A stretch of 53,197 nt of DNA from Candidatus Woesebacteria bacterium (lineage in GTDB: Bacteria > Patescibacteriota > Microgenomatia > UBA1400 > MFAQ01), in contig DAOORK010000001.1 of assembly GCA_035389185.1 (NCBI GenBank), positions 576,218 to 629,414 of the forward strand. The letters run 5' to 3'. Under the pieces are notes generated by a model that saw nothing but the letters and a program-made list of their open reading frames with translations, was not told the origin of the DNA and searched no databases. Made by a program: the position numbers and the translations under genes. This document shows, one piece after another, positions 1-9,314 of this stretch. How positions within the stretch are numbered: the stretch's first letter is position 1; each line of letters starts with the position of its first letter.

Positions 1-133
1 GCTGGTAGACTCTTTTTGGCATAGGTTATTTTATCATTGATGAACGAGGGCAATTATACCTTAAGGCCAGCAATATGGCTACCTGAGGCGTAGTTGATAT
101 TATGTGATGTGTTTCTGTTGGGTATTTTGGGGG

Positions 134-150
134 TTGTGGATTGTGGATAA
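134..150. promoter_or_regulatory. Two adjacent DnaA-box-like 9-mers upstream of dnaA (TTGTGGATT, TGTGGATAA)
   Basis: TGTGGATAA at 142-150 is the exact reverse complement of the consensus DnaA box TTATCCACA. A one-mismatch copy abuts it at 134-142. Confidence 0.6.
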
Positions 151-183
151 CGTGGTAAAAATGAACTACACCTGCCCTAGTAG

Positions 184-1575
184 TTGAAAATAAATATGGA
201 TATTAACGCCGGTAATTTATGGCATAGCGTCTGCGGTGAACTGGGGGTGACTTTGTCTCCGGCAGGTTTTAATGGTTGGATTAAGCCTTGTTTTGTTAAA
301 AGTGTCACTCCAATTGACGAGCAGAGAATAATTGTTGAGTTGGCTGCTCCTACAGCCTATCATGTGAAGACAATAGACGAAAAGTACTACAGTATTATCA
401 AACAATCTTTAGAAAAGGTATCCCAAAAAAAATGCGACCTGGCTTTGGTGGTATCAGAGGAAAAGAAGCCGGTAAAAGAAAATACAGGAAAGAGTCCTAA
501 AAAAGAAGAGGTAAAAATTGATCTTTTTGCCCCATCTGAGCCAGACAAAGAAGCAGGCAACAATTTAAATCCTCGATATAAGTTTGATAGTTATGTTGTC
601 GGAAGTTCAAATCGATTAGCTTTTGCCGCAGCAAAAGCAGCGGTAGATTTTCCCGGTACCAGACATAATCCTTTGTTTATTTATGGAGGAGTAGGTGTCG
701 GAAAAACTCATTTGATGCACGCTGTCGGACATGAGCTTGCAAAAAAGGGTATTGGGAAGGTGGTTTATGTAACTAGTGAACAGTTTACAAATGACTTGGT
801 AAATTCACTCCGATCAAAAATGACCGAGGCTTTTAAAAAGAAGTATCGTCAGGTTGGGGCTTTGCTGATAGATGATGTGCAGTTTTTTGGAGGCAAAGAC
901 TCAACTCAAGAAGAATTTTTCCACACTTTCAACGAACTAACAAACAAGTCGTCACAGATTGTGATGACATCAGACCGGAAGCCTCAGGATATTGAAGGGT
1001 TGGAGGATAGACTCAAAAGCCGCTTTTTGGGCGGAATGGCTGTTGATATTGGTTTGCCTGATTATGAAATGAGGGTGGCCATTCTCAAACAAAAAGCCGC
1101 GGAAATTAAAATTGAGGTCGAGGAAGAAGCGTATGCTTTAATCGCAAATAATCAAAATACAAACGCTCGTGAACTTGAAGGGGCTTTTGTGAAACTGGCA
1201 GTAGGCGCAAGCTTGGAAGGCGGAAGATTAACAAAAGAGATGGTTCAACAGACAATGGGTTTGCCGGCGAACTTGGTGAGAGAAGTGAAGGTCAGACCAA
1301 TAAAGGTGATTTCTACTGTGGCTAAATATTTTGATTACCGAAATAAAGATCTTTTGGGTTCAAGTAGGAAAGCTGATTTGGTGGAAGCTCGTCATATTGC
1401 GATGTATTTATTAAGAGAGGCTTTGAATATTCAACTAGAAAAAGTAGGGGAGATCATGGGAGGCAGAGACCATACTACAGTAATGCATGCGGTAGAAAAA
1501 ATCCAAAAAGAAGTAAGTGATAATAACGATGTGAGGCGCAAAGTTACAGCAATTAAACAAGCGTTATACACCTAA
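184..1575 (+). CDS. dnaA: Chromosomal replication initiator protein DnaA
   Basis: AAA+ Walker A (GGVGVGKTHLMHAVG) and Walker B (LLIDDVQF). C-terminal DnaA-box-binding helix region (RHIAMYLLRE...GGRDHTTVMHA). The ORF opens at TTG 184; ATG at 196 (MDINAGNLW) is an alternative start. Confidence 0.97.
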   Translation: MKINMDINAGNLWHSVCGELGVTLSPAGFNGWIKPCFVKSVTPIDEQRIIVELAAPTAYHVKTIDEKYYSIIKQSLEKVSQKKCDLALVVSEEKKPVKENTGKSPKKEEVKIDLFAPSEPDKEAGNNLNPRYKFDSYVVGSSNRLAFAAAKAAVDFPGTRHNPLFIYGGVGVGKTHLMHAVGHELAKKGIGKVVYVTSEQFTNDLVNSLRSKMTEAFKKKYRQVGALLIDDVQFFGGKDSTQEEFFHTFNELTNKSSQIVMTSDRKPQDIEGLEDRLKSRFLGGMAVDIGLPDYEMRVAILKQKAAEIKIEVEEEAYALIANNQNTNARELEGAFVKLAVGASLEGGRLTKEMVQQTMGLPANLVREVKVRPIKVISTVAKYFDYRNKDLLGSSRKADLVEARHIAMYLLREALNIQLEKVGEIMGGRDHTTVMHAVEKIQKEVSDNNDVRRKVTAIKQALYT

Positions 1576-1881
1576 ATATCCACAGGTTATCCCCATACGG
1601 TGGATAACTAACAAAAAGGTGGATTAATAAAGACAAACAAAGAATGACGGTGGAAAAACAAGAAAGTTATCCAGAAAATTATCAACACAAAAACAAAGTT
1701 GTGAGGAGCTTCTTACGCACAAAAACGCGGTTTTGATGAGTAAAAAGACTCGACATATCAGTTAAAAAAATGATATCAGCAAAACTTTTAGCCGTACGAC
1801 AAAGCTATAATCAACAAATCAACAGCGACTACAACTACAGTTACTAAATTTTAGATTAAAATAATAATTAGAAGGAAATCT
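1576..1881. promoter_or_regulatory. Candidate oriC: DnaA-box cluster followed by an AT-rich stretch in the dnaA-dnaN spacer
   Basis: Box-like 8-9-mers: TATCCACA 1577-1584, TTATCCCCA 1588-1596, GTGGATAAC 1600-1608, GGTGGATTA 1618-1626, GGTGGAAAA 1649-1657, TTATCCAGA 1668-1676, TTATCAACA 1679-1687. An AT-rich tract follows at about 1840-1875, just before dnaN. Confidence 0.7.
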
Positions 1882-2994
1882 ATGAAAATAATCGTTCAAT
1901 CAGGGGATCTAAAAAAATGTTTAGGTATTGTGTCTCGCGGAGTAAGTTCCAGACCTCAGTTACCAATATTATCTGGATTACTGTTGAAGGTGACACAAAA
2001 TGAAGTTTCTTTGGTGTCTACCGATTTGGAGGTAAGTTTTTGGTTGAAGCTGCCTGCGAAAGTGGAAGAAGAAGGAGAGATTGTCCTACCGGCAAAATTA
2101 TTTTCGGAGTTGGTGGCGAGTTTACCTTCCGGAAATGTGTCTTTGGAGTCAAAGAAACATATTGTTAAGGTAGAAGTTGATGGAATTAATTCAGAGATTG
2201 TAGGCCAAGAGGCTGATGACTTTCCCGGAATACCTAGAGCCAGTAAATCTCAAATTGTGATTAAGAGCGGAGATTTTAGACAAAAAGTGGATCGTGTGTG
2301 TGTGAGTTCTGCTAGAGACGATACCAGACCTGTCTTGACCGGTGTTTTGTGGGAGATCAGTGAAGATAAAGTGTCACTGGTGGCAACTGATGGCTATCGT
2401 TTGAGTGTAGACAAGATAAATTTGACAAAAACCGGTCTTGAAAAGGAGACAAGATTGATTCTTCCGGCCAGATCATTACAAGAAGTTTCGAGAATGTTAG
2501 GTGAGACAGGTGATGATGATTTTTCAATGGAGTTTGATAAAGATAATCAACAAGTGATTTTTAAAGTAGGGGAGATTGAAGTGACATCAAGACTAATTGC
2601 AGGAGAGTTTCCTCCTTACCAACAGATCATGCCGAATACTTACTCGGTTAGGGCTGTAGTTGGCAAGGAAGAGGTATTGGAGGCCGTTAAAAGAGCCAGT
2701 TTGTTTGCTCGGGACAATGCAAATATTGTAAAACTACAGATTAAGAAGGACGGGGTTGTCGTGAGAGCAGAAAGTTCTCAGGTAGGTACCAGTGTAACTG
2801 ACTTGACAGCGGAGACTGAAGGAGACGAAATGACAGTTGCTTTTAATGCACGATACTTACTAGATTACTTAGCCATTTGTGAGTCAGAAAAAATTATTTG
2901 GGAAACTGAAGGAGAACTAAAACCAAGTGTGTTTAGATCTGAGGATGAGACAACTTGGGTGCAAGTGGTAATGCCAGTGAGGGTACAAGACTAA
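1882..2994 (+). CDS. dnaN: DNA polymerase III beta sliding clamp
   Basis: 370 aa with three-domain clamp length. Typical DnaN sequence (LPILSGLLL, ATDGYRLS, RLIAGEFPPYQQIMP, MPVRV C-terminus). Canonical position after dnaA, with AGAAGGA ahead of the ATG. Confidence 0.95.
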   Translation: MKIIVQSGDLKKCLGIVSRGVSSRPQLPILSGLLLKVTQNEVSLVSTDLEVSFWLKLPAKVEEEGEIVLPAKLFSELVASLPSGNVSLESKKHIVKVEVDGINSEIVGQEADDFPGIPRASKSQIVIKSGDFRQKVDRVCVSSARDDTRPVLTGVLWEISEDKVSLVATDGYRLSVDKINLTKTGLEKETRLILPARSLQEVSRMLGETGDDDFSMEFDKDNQQVIFKVGEIEVTSRLIAGEFPPYQQIMPNTYSVRAVVGKEEVLEAVKRASLFARDNANIVKLQIKKDGVVVRAESSQVGTSVTDLTAETEGDEMTVAFNARYLLDYLAICESEKIIWETEGELKPSVFRSEDETTWVQVVMPVRVQD

Positions 2995-4064
2995 AAGGTA
3001 ATAGCTCTAATCTGATACTCTTTAGTGTTTTGATTGTAGGTTTTTATAAACAGATTATCTCCATTGAGATACTTTTCGATATAGGTTTCTTGAGGGAAAA
3101 GATTGACCTTTTTATTGATGAGAAGCTTCTTTGCGACGGGATCAAAAAAGTTTAAAGTGAGACTGTCAGTAAATGACTCAAGGGTAATAATGGTGTTTGT
3201 TTTGGGGTAGTAGATGGTTTCAAGATTGAGAGAATCAACAGGAGCAATTTGATATGTTTGCATATTTTCCAGCGAGAATGATTCTAAAGTGCTGTTTTGA
3301 CTATTGATGAAAAAGAGATTTTTTCCGGAAGTGTCGAACGAGAGAGATTTTTTGACGACAGGATATTCTTGAAGAAGATATTTCTGATTTACAGTAGAGT
3401 ATAAAGAGATCCAATAATTAGGCTCATTTTTGTCGAGACTTTTACCTAAGATGACAGCATCCTCGTCGATCCATTTGACATAGTTGGCAGATACGTTTTT
3501 CAAAATAACTGTGGTTTGGTTGCTATTGATTTTGTAGGTAATGAGATTGGAAGTGAAACCTTTGGAGCGATATTGTCCGAGAAGTGCTAGGGTGTTTTTG
3601 TCCGAATTAAGAGAGTAAGAGATAACCGGGGCGACAGATGAAAGATTAAGGGGAGTGAATTGACTGTCAACAAGATCGAAAAGATAAAATTGGTTGTTGG
3701 AGTTTGCATAAATACCAACTTCGTAAACAACAAGATCGCCTGTGGGCTCGTAGTTAACGACGTTAGACCCTTCGGGACTGATGAATATTTCTCGACCATC
3801 AGTGTTGAGAACAAGACGATGGTCTTTGTTGACGGAGAGAACTCGGCCAGAATCCGTAATCTTGATTTGGGAGATGTCTTTAAAACTTTGAGTGTAATTT
3901 GAAGGCAAAGACTGAGAAGGGGTAACTTCAATTTTGGGTACGGTTACAGTTGTTTGAGGAACAGTCTTTGATGAGTAAGAGTTGAGAATAACAGCAATAA
4001 TAACAAGAACAAAAAGAATTCCTAGAAAGTAGATATTTTTGATAAACCAGGATTTTATAGGCAT
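2991..4064 (-). CDS. Membrane-anchored hypothetical protein; first gene-sized ORF at the downstream end of the T4SS-like cluster
   Basis: A single N-terminal TM helix (IYFLGILFVLVIIAVIL) is followed by a beta-rich, Asn/Ser/Thr-rich ectodomain. Only 37 nt separate it from the M23 fusion gene on the same strand. Confidence 0.6.
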   Translation of the reverse strand: MPIKSWFIKNIYFLGILFVLVIIAVILNSYSSKTVPQTTVTVPKIEVTPSQSLPSNYTQSFKDISQIKITDSGRVLSVNKDHRLVLNTDGREIFISPEGSNVVNYEPTGDLVVYEVGIYANSNNQFYLFDLVDSQFTPLNLSSVAPVISYSLNSDKNTLALLGQYRSKGFTSNLITYKINSNQTTVILKNVSANYVKWIDEDAVILGKSLDKNEPNYWISLYSTVNQKYLLQEYPVVKKSLSFDTSGKNLFFINSQNSTLESFSLENMQTYQIAPVDSLNLETIYYPKTNTIITLESFTDSLTLNFFDPVAKKLLINKKVNLFPQETYIEKYLNGDNLFIKTYNQNTKEYQIRAITF

Positions 4065-4101
4065 GTTGGTGATAGGAATATCAGCAAATTAATAATAGTC
4101 T

Positions 4102-6777
4102 TTAATAACCAACATGGGAACCGCACATACCTAGCTTGATACAAAAATCATCCCAGGGGGCTTTTAGGTGAGGATAATTTTCCGGTGTGGTAACCATGTT
4201 TTCTTGATCACTAATTTGAAAATGAAGGTGTTCAGGGGTAGTGATGGCGTTTCCTGAAGAGTCCATGCCGGCAATGACATCACCAGCGTTAACTGTTTGA
4301 CCGTTGGTCACGAGATTACACATGTTGTGGGCATAGTAATAGTACATACCGTCGACACCTTTGATAGTGAAAGAGTAGCCTCCAAGACTGTCGTTTTCAC
4401 TAATCCAGGTAACCGTTCCGGCAACATAGGCGAGGATAGGTATAGGAATATCGTCTTCCGATCCGGCAATGTCGCCGTTTCTAAAGATGTCTGCGGCTGG
4501 ATATTCGTGATGCTCCGTGGCGTAGTTGAAAGAGCTTGCGTCGTTGACGGGGAAACAGTATTCGATGTTGTTGTAACTACGACAGATTTTTTTGTCGTTG
4601 GTGAAGGTGGCTTGGCTACAGTCCACAGACGTAGTTGTGGTGGCTTGAAGCTGAACAAGAGTTGAGATGAGAGGAGCGGTAACAATAGAAGTGATGTAGA
4701 AAAAGAGACCAAGAATTGAGCCGGCAACAGTGATGGTCAGGGCAGAACCGGCAGCAGCAACAGTGGCTGTTCCAAAAGCGGTAAGAACACTTCCAACACC
4801 GCCAAAAACAGCAGAGATACCGGCGGCCGGAAGAACTAGAAGATCTCTGGCTTTTATTTCTTCACCGTAGAGTGAAGTACTTAGCTTTTTGACGAAACCT
4901 TTTATTTTGTCGAATAACCAAGAAGCAACTTCGATAACGACGGCGATTAAAAGGCCAAGACCAGGAACTACGTTGGCAGCTTGAGCAGCAGCTTGAAGGG
5001 CAACTTTGGCTCCAACTTTGGCGGCAATTTTGACTGCCACTTGTTGGGCAAGTTTTTTAACTGATTCTTTGAGACCGTTTTTGAGAAGCATTTCAGCCCC
5101 CTTTTTGAGAGTTTCGTTAGTGAGACGTTGGGCGAGTCGTTTGACAATATACTCACCAGCTTTTCGACCAACAAAAGATCTTATGGCTCCCCAAGGATCG
5201 GAAGCAAAATGCATGACAGTGCCAAAACCGCCCGGAATCTTATCTGATATTTTGCTAAAAAACCCGGAAATAGAACCAAAGGCTTTTCCAATTCCGGTTT
5301 TGACGGAGGATATTTCTTTTCCTAATGGTGATTTGGCGATTTTTCGAAGCTGTGTGCTTGTGGAGTTAAAAATATCTGGTCGAGATTTAAAGAGTTTACC
5401 CAAGGAAGAATCAGGATGATCTTGAGCAAATTGACGAGCCTTGGCAAATAGGTCGGGGGTGAGCTTTTCTCCATAGAGAAGAATTGATTCCGGTGAAAGT
5501 TCTTCATTTTGGGTTTTGGGGTCTCGAAGAAGAGCGGCGGCATACTCGGCATCATAACCAGCATGAGGACTAAGAACTCCCGGTAGATCACGACGAATTG
5601 CTTTTTCAAGTAAATCAGCGTCGTCCATGGGAGTGTAGATATGAGGTTGGACACCGTTATTTTCGAGACTACTTTGAATAGTGGAAACGGTCTGGTTGGC
5701 ATTTTCGATTAGATCTCTAAGGTCTGGATCGCTGGAAAGCCTCGTTTCACGATCTTCAACAAAAGCTTTGAAGGTGGCCGTTTGGTTTGCAATTTCGTTG
5801 TTTAATTTTGTGGATTGATTTTCGTTGTAGGCAAGAAGATGTTGATTTTCTTCAAGGAGAGATTTTGCCTCTTGGATTTTTCCTTGTTCTTGAAACTGAA
5901 GAATCTTTTCTTCGTTGGAGGAGATTTGGGTTTCGTTTTTGAGGATTTCTTGGTCTGATTCGATAATGGTTTTGTATATTGCCGATACAAAACCTCCAGG
6001 AATGGCGGCAACTTGTTTTTGGGTGGAGTCATCTAATGTGGATGTGTCTAATTCAAGTGTGGCGGCTTGGATGGCGGTGTCGATATCGGTGATACCAACT
6101 GTGTTGAGTTCAACGGCAGAGGAAATAATTTTATTTTGAACTTCTGAAGGAAGTTGAGAGAAGGCGCCGTAGGTAAGGGCTACTGCCTGAACAGCCTTGT
6201 ATGAAGAAGAGAGAGCAACATCAGACGAGGATGATTTTGGTGATCCTTTGGAGACAAGCGTTTCTTCAATAGTGGCGATTTTTTCTCCTTGTTCTTGACG
6301 GCGATAACGATTGTTAAGAGCTCTTTCTTGAATTTGGTGATGTTTGATGGCGATTTTTACTTGCTCGGCAACTGATCTTTGGCTGTTATTTTTGATTTCT
6401 TCTTGTTGGAGAAGAGATTGATTATTTTTATATTCAGCGACAAGAGATTCCAGTTCCGGAGGAATGGAGGCCTCTTGTTTTTTGGTTTTTTCTTGGGACT
6501 CTTCGTCACTACCAGATTGGATTTCGAGAAGCCCAGAGATTAGATCGTTGATCTCGGAAACGGCGACATTTTTGTGGAAACTTTGGACATCGGCAATACT
6601 CGGATTAACCTCATAGCCAAGAATACTTTTACAGTAGGCGAGGTAGATAGAGTAAGCTGCATTAAGAATCTCCAGATCTCTTTGATTCAGTTTTTCTCCC
6701 GGAATTTGATAAAGAGGGAGGGAAATTTTAAGTGAACGAATTGTCGGTGACAAGTCTGGTCTTTCTTTTTTAGCCAT
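4102..6777 (-). CDS. Large coiled-coil / multi-TM protein with a C-terminal M23 (LytM-type) metallopeptidase domain; candidate T4SS cell-wall hydrolase
   Basis: The C-terminus has M23 hallmarks (HHEYPAADI..., GGYSFTIKG, YYYAHN, PEHLHFQIS = HxH). About 550 aa of Gln/Glu-rich coiled coil comes first, followed by Ala/Gly-rich TM helices. It lies directly downstream of virB4-like with a 5-nt gap. Confidence 0.8.
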   Translation of the reverse strand: MAKKERPDLSPTIRSLKISLPLYQIPGEKLNQRDLEILNAAYSIYLAYCKSILGYEVNPSIADVQSFHKNVAVSEINDLISGLLEIQSGSDEESQEKTKKQEASIPPELESLVAEYKNNQSLLQQEEIKNNSQRSVAEQVKIAIKHHQIQERALNNRYRRQEQGEKIATIEETLVSKGSPKSSSSDVALSSSYKAVQAVALTYGAFSQLPSEVQNKIISSAVELNTVGITDIDTAIQAATLELDTSTLDDSTQKQVAAIPGGFVSAIYKTIIESDQEILKNETQISSNEEKILQFQEQGKIQEAKSLLEENQHLLAYNENQSTKLNNEIANQTATFKAFVEDRETRLSSDPDLRDLIENANQTVSTIQSSLENNGVQPHIYTPMDDADLLEKAIRRDLPGVLSPHAGYDAEYAAALLRDPKTQNEELSPESILLYGEKLTPDLFAKARQFAQDHPDSSLGKLFKSRPDIFNSTSTQLRKIAKSPLGKEISSVKTGIGKAFGSISGFFSKISDKIPGGFGTVMHFASDPWGAIRSFVGRKAGEYIVKRLAQRLTNETLKKGAEMLLKNGLKESVKKLAQQVAVKIAAKVGAKVALQAAAQAANVVPGLGLLIAVVIEVASWLFDKIKGFVKKLSTSLYGEEIKARDLLVLPAAGISAVFGGVGSVLTAFGTATVAAAGSALTITVAGSILGLFFYITSIVTAPLISTLVQLQATTTTSVDCSQATFTNDKKICRSYNNIEYCFPVNDASSFNYATEHHEYPAADIFRNGDIAGSEDDIPIPILAYVAGTVTWISENDSLGGYSFTIKGVDGMYYYYAHNMCNLVTNGQTVNAGDVIAGMDSSGNAITTPEHLHFQISDQENMVTTPENYPHLKAPWDDFCIKLGMCGSHVGY

Positions 6778-6782
6778 AGAGA

Positions 6783-8627
6783 TTACAGTTTGGCTTGTTG
6801 TTTTCTAGCTTCAAGAATTTCTGAAGGTTTACTGGTGGCAAGCGCATGTTCGTCAGGAGAAGAGATAACCTTGATAGCAACGTGATTTTGTCCGGCAAAA
6901 AAGATACCCTCCCCAACGCCAGCAGATAAAAGAAGTTGCCTTTCCCCTTGTGAGAGATAGAAAACCTCTGAAATTTGGTTGATGGCGGCAGATGATTGTT
7001 TGAGGAGAAGTTTGAGGGCCGAGTTGGTGATGATGGCTTTGCCGTAAGCTGAGGATAAGAAGTCGTCGACGTTTTGGGAGATAACAGTAACACCGAGGTA
7101 GTATTTTCGAGCCCGTTTGACAAAGCCTTGGAGAATTTTGGCGGAGTCTTCATAACGCATGAGATACCAAGCTTCGTCTACAACAAGCATGCGTTTGCGC
7201 AGATTCTTACGAACTTCTGTCCAGACAAAATCAAGAATCATAAACATGACAATGGGACGGATCTCATCAGCAAGATCTCGAAGAGAGAAGACGGTAACCG
7301 GAGCGTCGATATTGATGTTTGATTGTTGATCAAAGATACCCTTGATACTTCCCATAACGTAACGTTCAACTCGGGCCGCAAGGATTTTTGCAACAGGATC
7401 TTCCATACCGATTAAGGCTCGATAAAGATCTTCCATGCGTGGGGTTTCTTGGGTGTGAGTTGACGGATCATCGGAGATGCCCTTTTGACGATAGGTGAGG
7501 ACAAGAGCTCGATTCATGGCGGCTTCTTCCATAGGGTTCATTTCACCGATCATGATTTTTAACAGGGACATGAGAAAGAGATATTTGTACCCCATTTCAT
7601 CTTCAGTGCTTTCTTTGGGGCGAGCGATTGAAAAAGGATTAATTTTGTGGGGTGAAGTGGCAGAGAAAGAGATGTAGTTACCGCCGACTGCCTTAGTAAC
7701 CATCTCGTACTCGTTTTCAGGGTCGAGAATAATGATTTGAGTGTCAAACATCAAGGAGCGTAGGATTTCGAGCTTTATGGCATAAGACTTGCCGGCACCA
7801 GATGTGGCAAGAACGAGCATATTGGCATTTTCGAGAGAGAAACGGTCGAAAATAACTAAAGAATCGTTGTGGGCGTTGATGCCATAAAGGATACCTTGGT
7901 TGTCGGAGAGTTCGGATGAGGTAAAGGGGAAGGTTGTTGATAAAGCAGTGGTGTCCATATTACGGGTGATCATCAGTTTGTCTTTGCAGTAAGGCAGAGT
8001 TGTTTTGAAGGCGTCTTCCATGGAGAGAGAGGCAATTTTGCTGATGATTAAAAGCGAGGCGAGCATACTCTGAACTTGGGAGGTGACGGTATCGAGCTCC
8101 TTTTCCGATTCAGCAGAGATACTGATGTAGAGCGAGAATTGAAAAAAACGTTCGGCGCCTTTGACTAACTGATCCTGCAGAGCCTTTGCGTCTTCAAGAG
8201 CGGCTTCAGTTGCCGCTTGTGGAATGCGACCTCTTTCGATGTCGGTGTTTATCTCGGCTTCCATTTCAGCCAGGCGTCTTCTGAGATTGTCGAGAGTGTC
8301 TTTGGAGTCGCTGGGATAAACATACATGGAGATATCAAGAGAATGATTGAAGTTGATAAGCGGAGCGAGCCAGTTGGCAGAGACATAACGAGGATAACCA
8401 GTAATAAAAAGAGTCCGAACGTAGTTGTTGTCAATTTTGATGTACGAAAAATCGACTTCGATAGCCGATGGAGCAATGACATCTTGAATAGAGGTGGAGT
8501 TGGCAGGGTCTTTTGCAGGAGAGGGAGAAACGTTGGTTTTTTCTTCAAGAGACGCGTTTGGAGTGGCCGGCGTAGTTGCGGCTTGTTGTGTCTTTTTGGC
8601 GCCAAGAGAAAAGAGATTTAACCCCAT
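6783..8627 (-). CDS. virB4: VirB4/TrbE/TraE-family type IV secretion ATPase
   Basis: Walker A (LATSGAGKSYAIK) and Walker B (MLVVDEAWYLM). The length and the N-terminal domain preceding the ATPase are typical of VirB4-like proteins. Confidence 0.9.
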   Translation of the reverse strand: MGLNLFSLGAKKTQQAATTPATPNASLEEKTNVSPSPAKDPANSTSIQDVIAPSAIEVDFSYIKIDNNYVRTLFITGYPRYVSANWLAPLINFNHSLDISMYVYPSDSKDTLDNLRRRLAEMEAEINTDIERGRIPQAATEAALEDAKALQDQLVKGAERFFQFSLYISISAESEKELDTVTSQVQSMLASLLIISKIASLSMEDAFKTTLPYCKDKLMITRNMDTTALSTTFPFTSSELSDNQGILYGINAHNDSLVIFDRFSLENANMLVLATSGAGKSYAIKLEILRSLMFDTQIIILDPENEYEMVTKAVGGNYISFSATSPHKINPFSIARPKESTEDEMGYKYLFLMSLLKIMIGEMNPMEEAAMNRALVLTYRQKGISDDPSTHTQETPRMEDLYRALIGMEDPVAKILAARVERYVMGSIKGIFDQQSNINIDAPVTVFSLRDLADEIRPIVMFMILDFVWTEVRKNLRKRMLVVDEAWYLMRYEDSAKILQGFVKRARKYYLGVTVISQNVDDFLSSAYGKAIITNSALKLLLKQSSAAINQISEVFYLSQGERQLLLSAGVGEGIFFAGQNHVAIKVISSPDEHALATSKPSEILEARKQQAKL

Positions 8628-8655
8628 GTTTTAAGTATAACCGAAAGGTGTCTTT

Positions 8656-9309
8656 TTAGGGATTAAGAGAAGTTTTTACTTGTGCGGGATTAAAAGCAGT
8701 AGAGCCTTGGTTGTAGATGGTATAAAAAAGAGTGACAAGTTCATTGGTAGTTAGTTGTTGAGCTTTAAGACCGATACGAGCAAACTGACGGATTAGATGG
8801 TCTCGGCGAGGATAAAGAGTGGTAGCGGCTTTTTCTTCGATATAAGAAAGATCAAATGGAGGTTTTTGGGGTGATTGGGCAAAAGGGTTGAAGGTGGATT
8901 TGGAGAGACCGAGTTCGATGGTGGAAAAAGGAATAATAATATAGAACTTTTTTTCCAGAACACGATTTTCTTTAACGAGAGATTTAACGAACTGACGATA
9001 GGCGAGCAACTGTTCCTTGACCTTTTGGGAAGTAACTGATTGGATACGAGTGTCGATTAAATTAAGATAGTCAGAAATAATTTTTCTTTGTGATCGAAGA
9101 AGTATTTGTATTGGAAAAGAGAGAGAGTTGAGGAGTCCGGCGTAGGCATAAATGGTGGCATCTTGCTCTTCTTCGGAAAGAAGATTGAAGTTGATGGCTG
9201 TGGTTTTGAGGACAAGGGCGGCAGAACCATCTTTGAGGAAGACAAGATGGTCTTTTATGGCATAAATATCCAGATGTTCTTGAGTGGAGGCTTTGATGTT
9301 GTCGGTCAT
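8656..9309 (-). CDS. T4SS-associated hypothetical protein, possibly a stand-alone VirB4 N-terminal-domain-like protein
   Basis: 217 aa and soluble. The pattern IKDHLVFLKDGSAALVLKTTAINFNLLSEEEQ...LNSLSFPIQILLRS parallels the N-terminal region of the adjacent VirB4-like protein (VDFSYIKIDNNYVRTLFITGYP...HSLDISMYVYP). The similarity was judged by eye only. Confidence 0.55.
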   Translation of the reverse strand: MTDNIKASTQEHLDIYAIKDHLVFLKDGSAALVLKTTAINFNLLSEEEQDATIYAYAGLLNSLSFPIQILLRSQRKIISDYLNLIDTRIQSVTSQKVKEQLLAYRQFVKSLVKENRVLEKKFYIIIPFSTIELGLSKSTFNPFAQSPQKPPFDLSYIEEKAATTLYPRRDHLIRQFARIGLKAQQLTTNELVTLFYTIYNQGSTAFNPAQVKTSLNP

Positions 9310-9314
9310 AGGTT

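Noticed and set aside
4297-6139. Several 68-139-aa ORFs on both strands inside 4102-6777, and similar nested ORFs inside virB4, the 791-aa gene, the 836-aa gene, the kinase, dnaG and rpoD.
   Set aside because: All lie entirely within longer ORFs that carry recognisable motifs. Their translations are Ser/Pro/Leu-rich, as is typical of off-frame or antisense reading.
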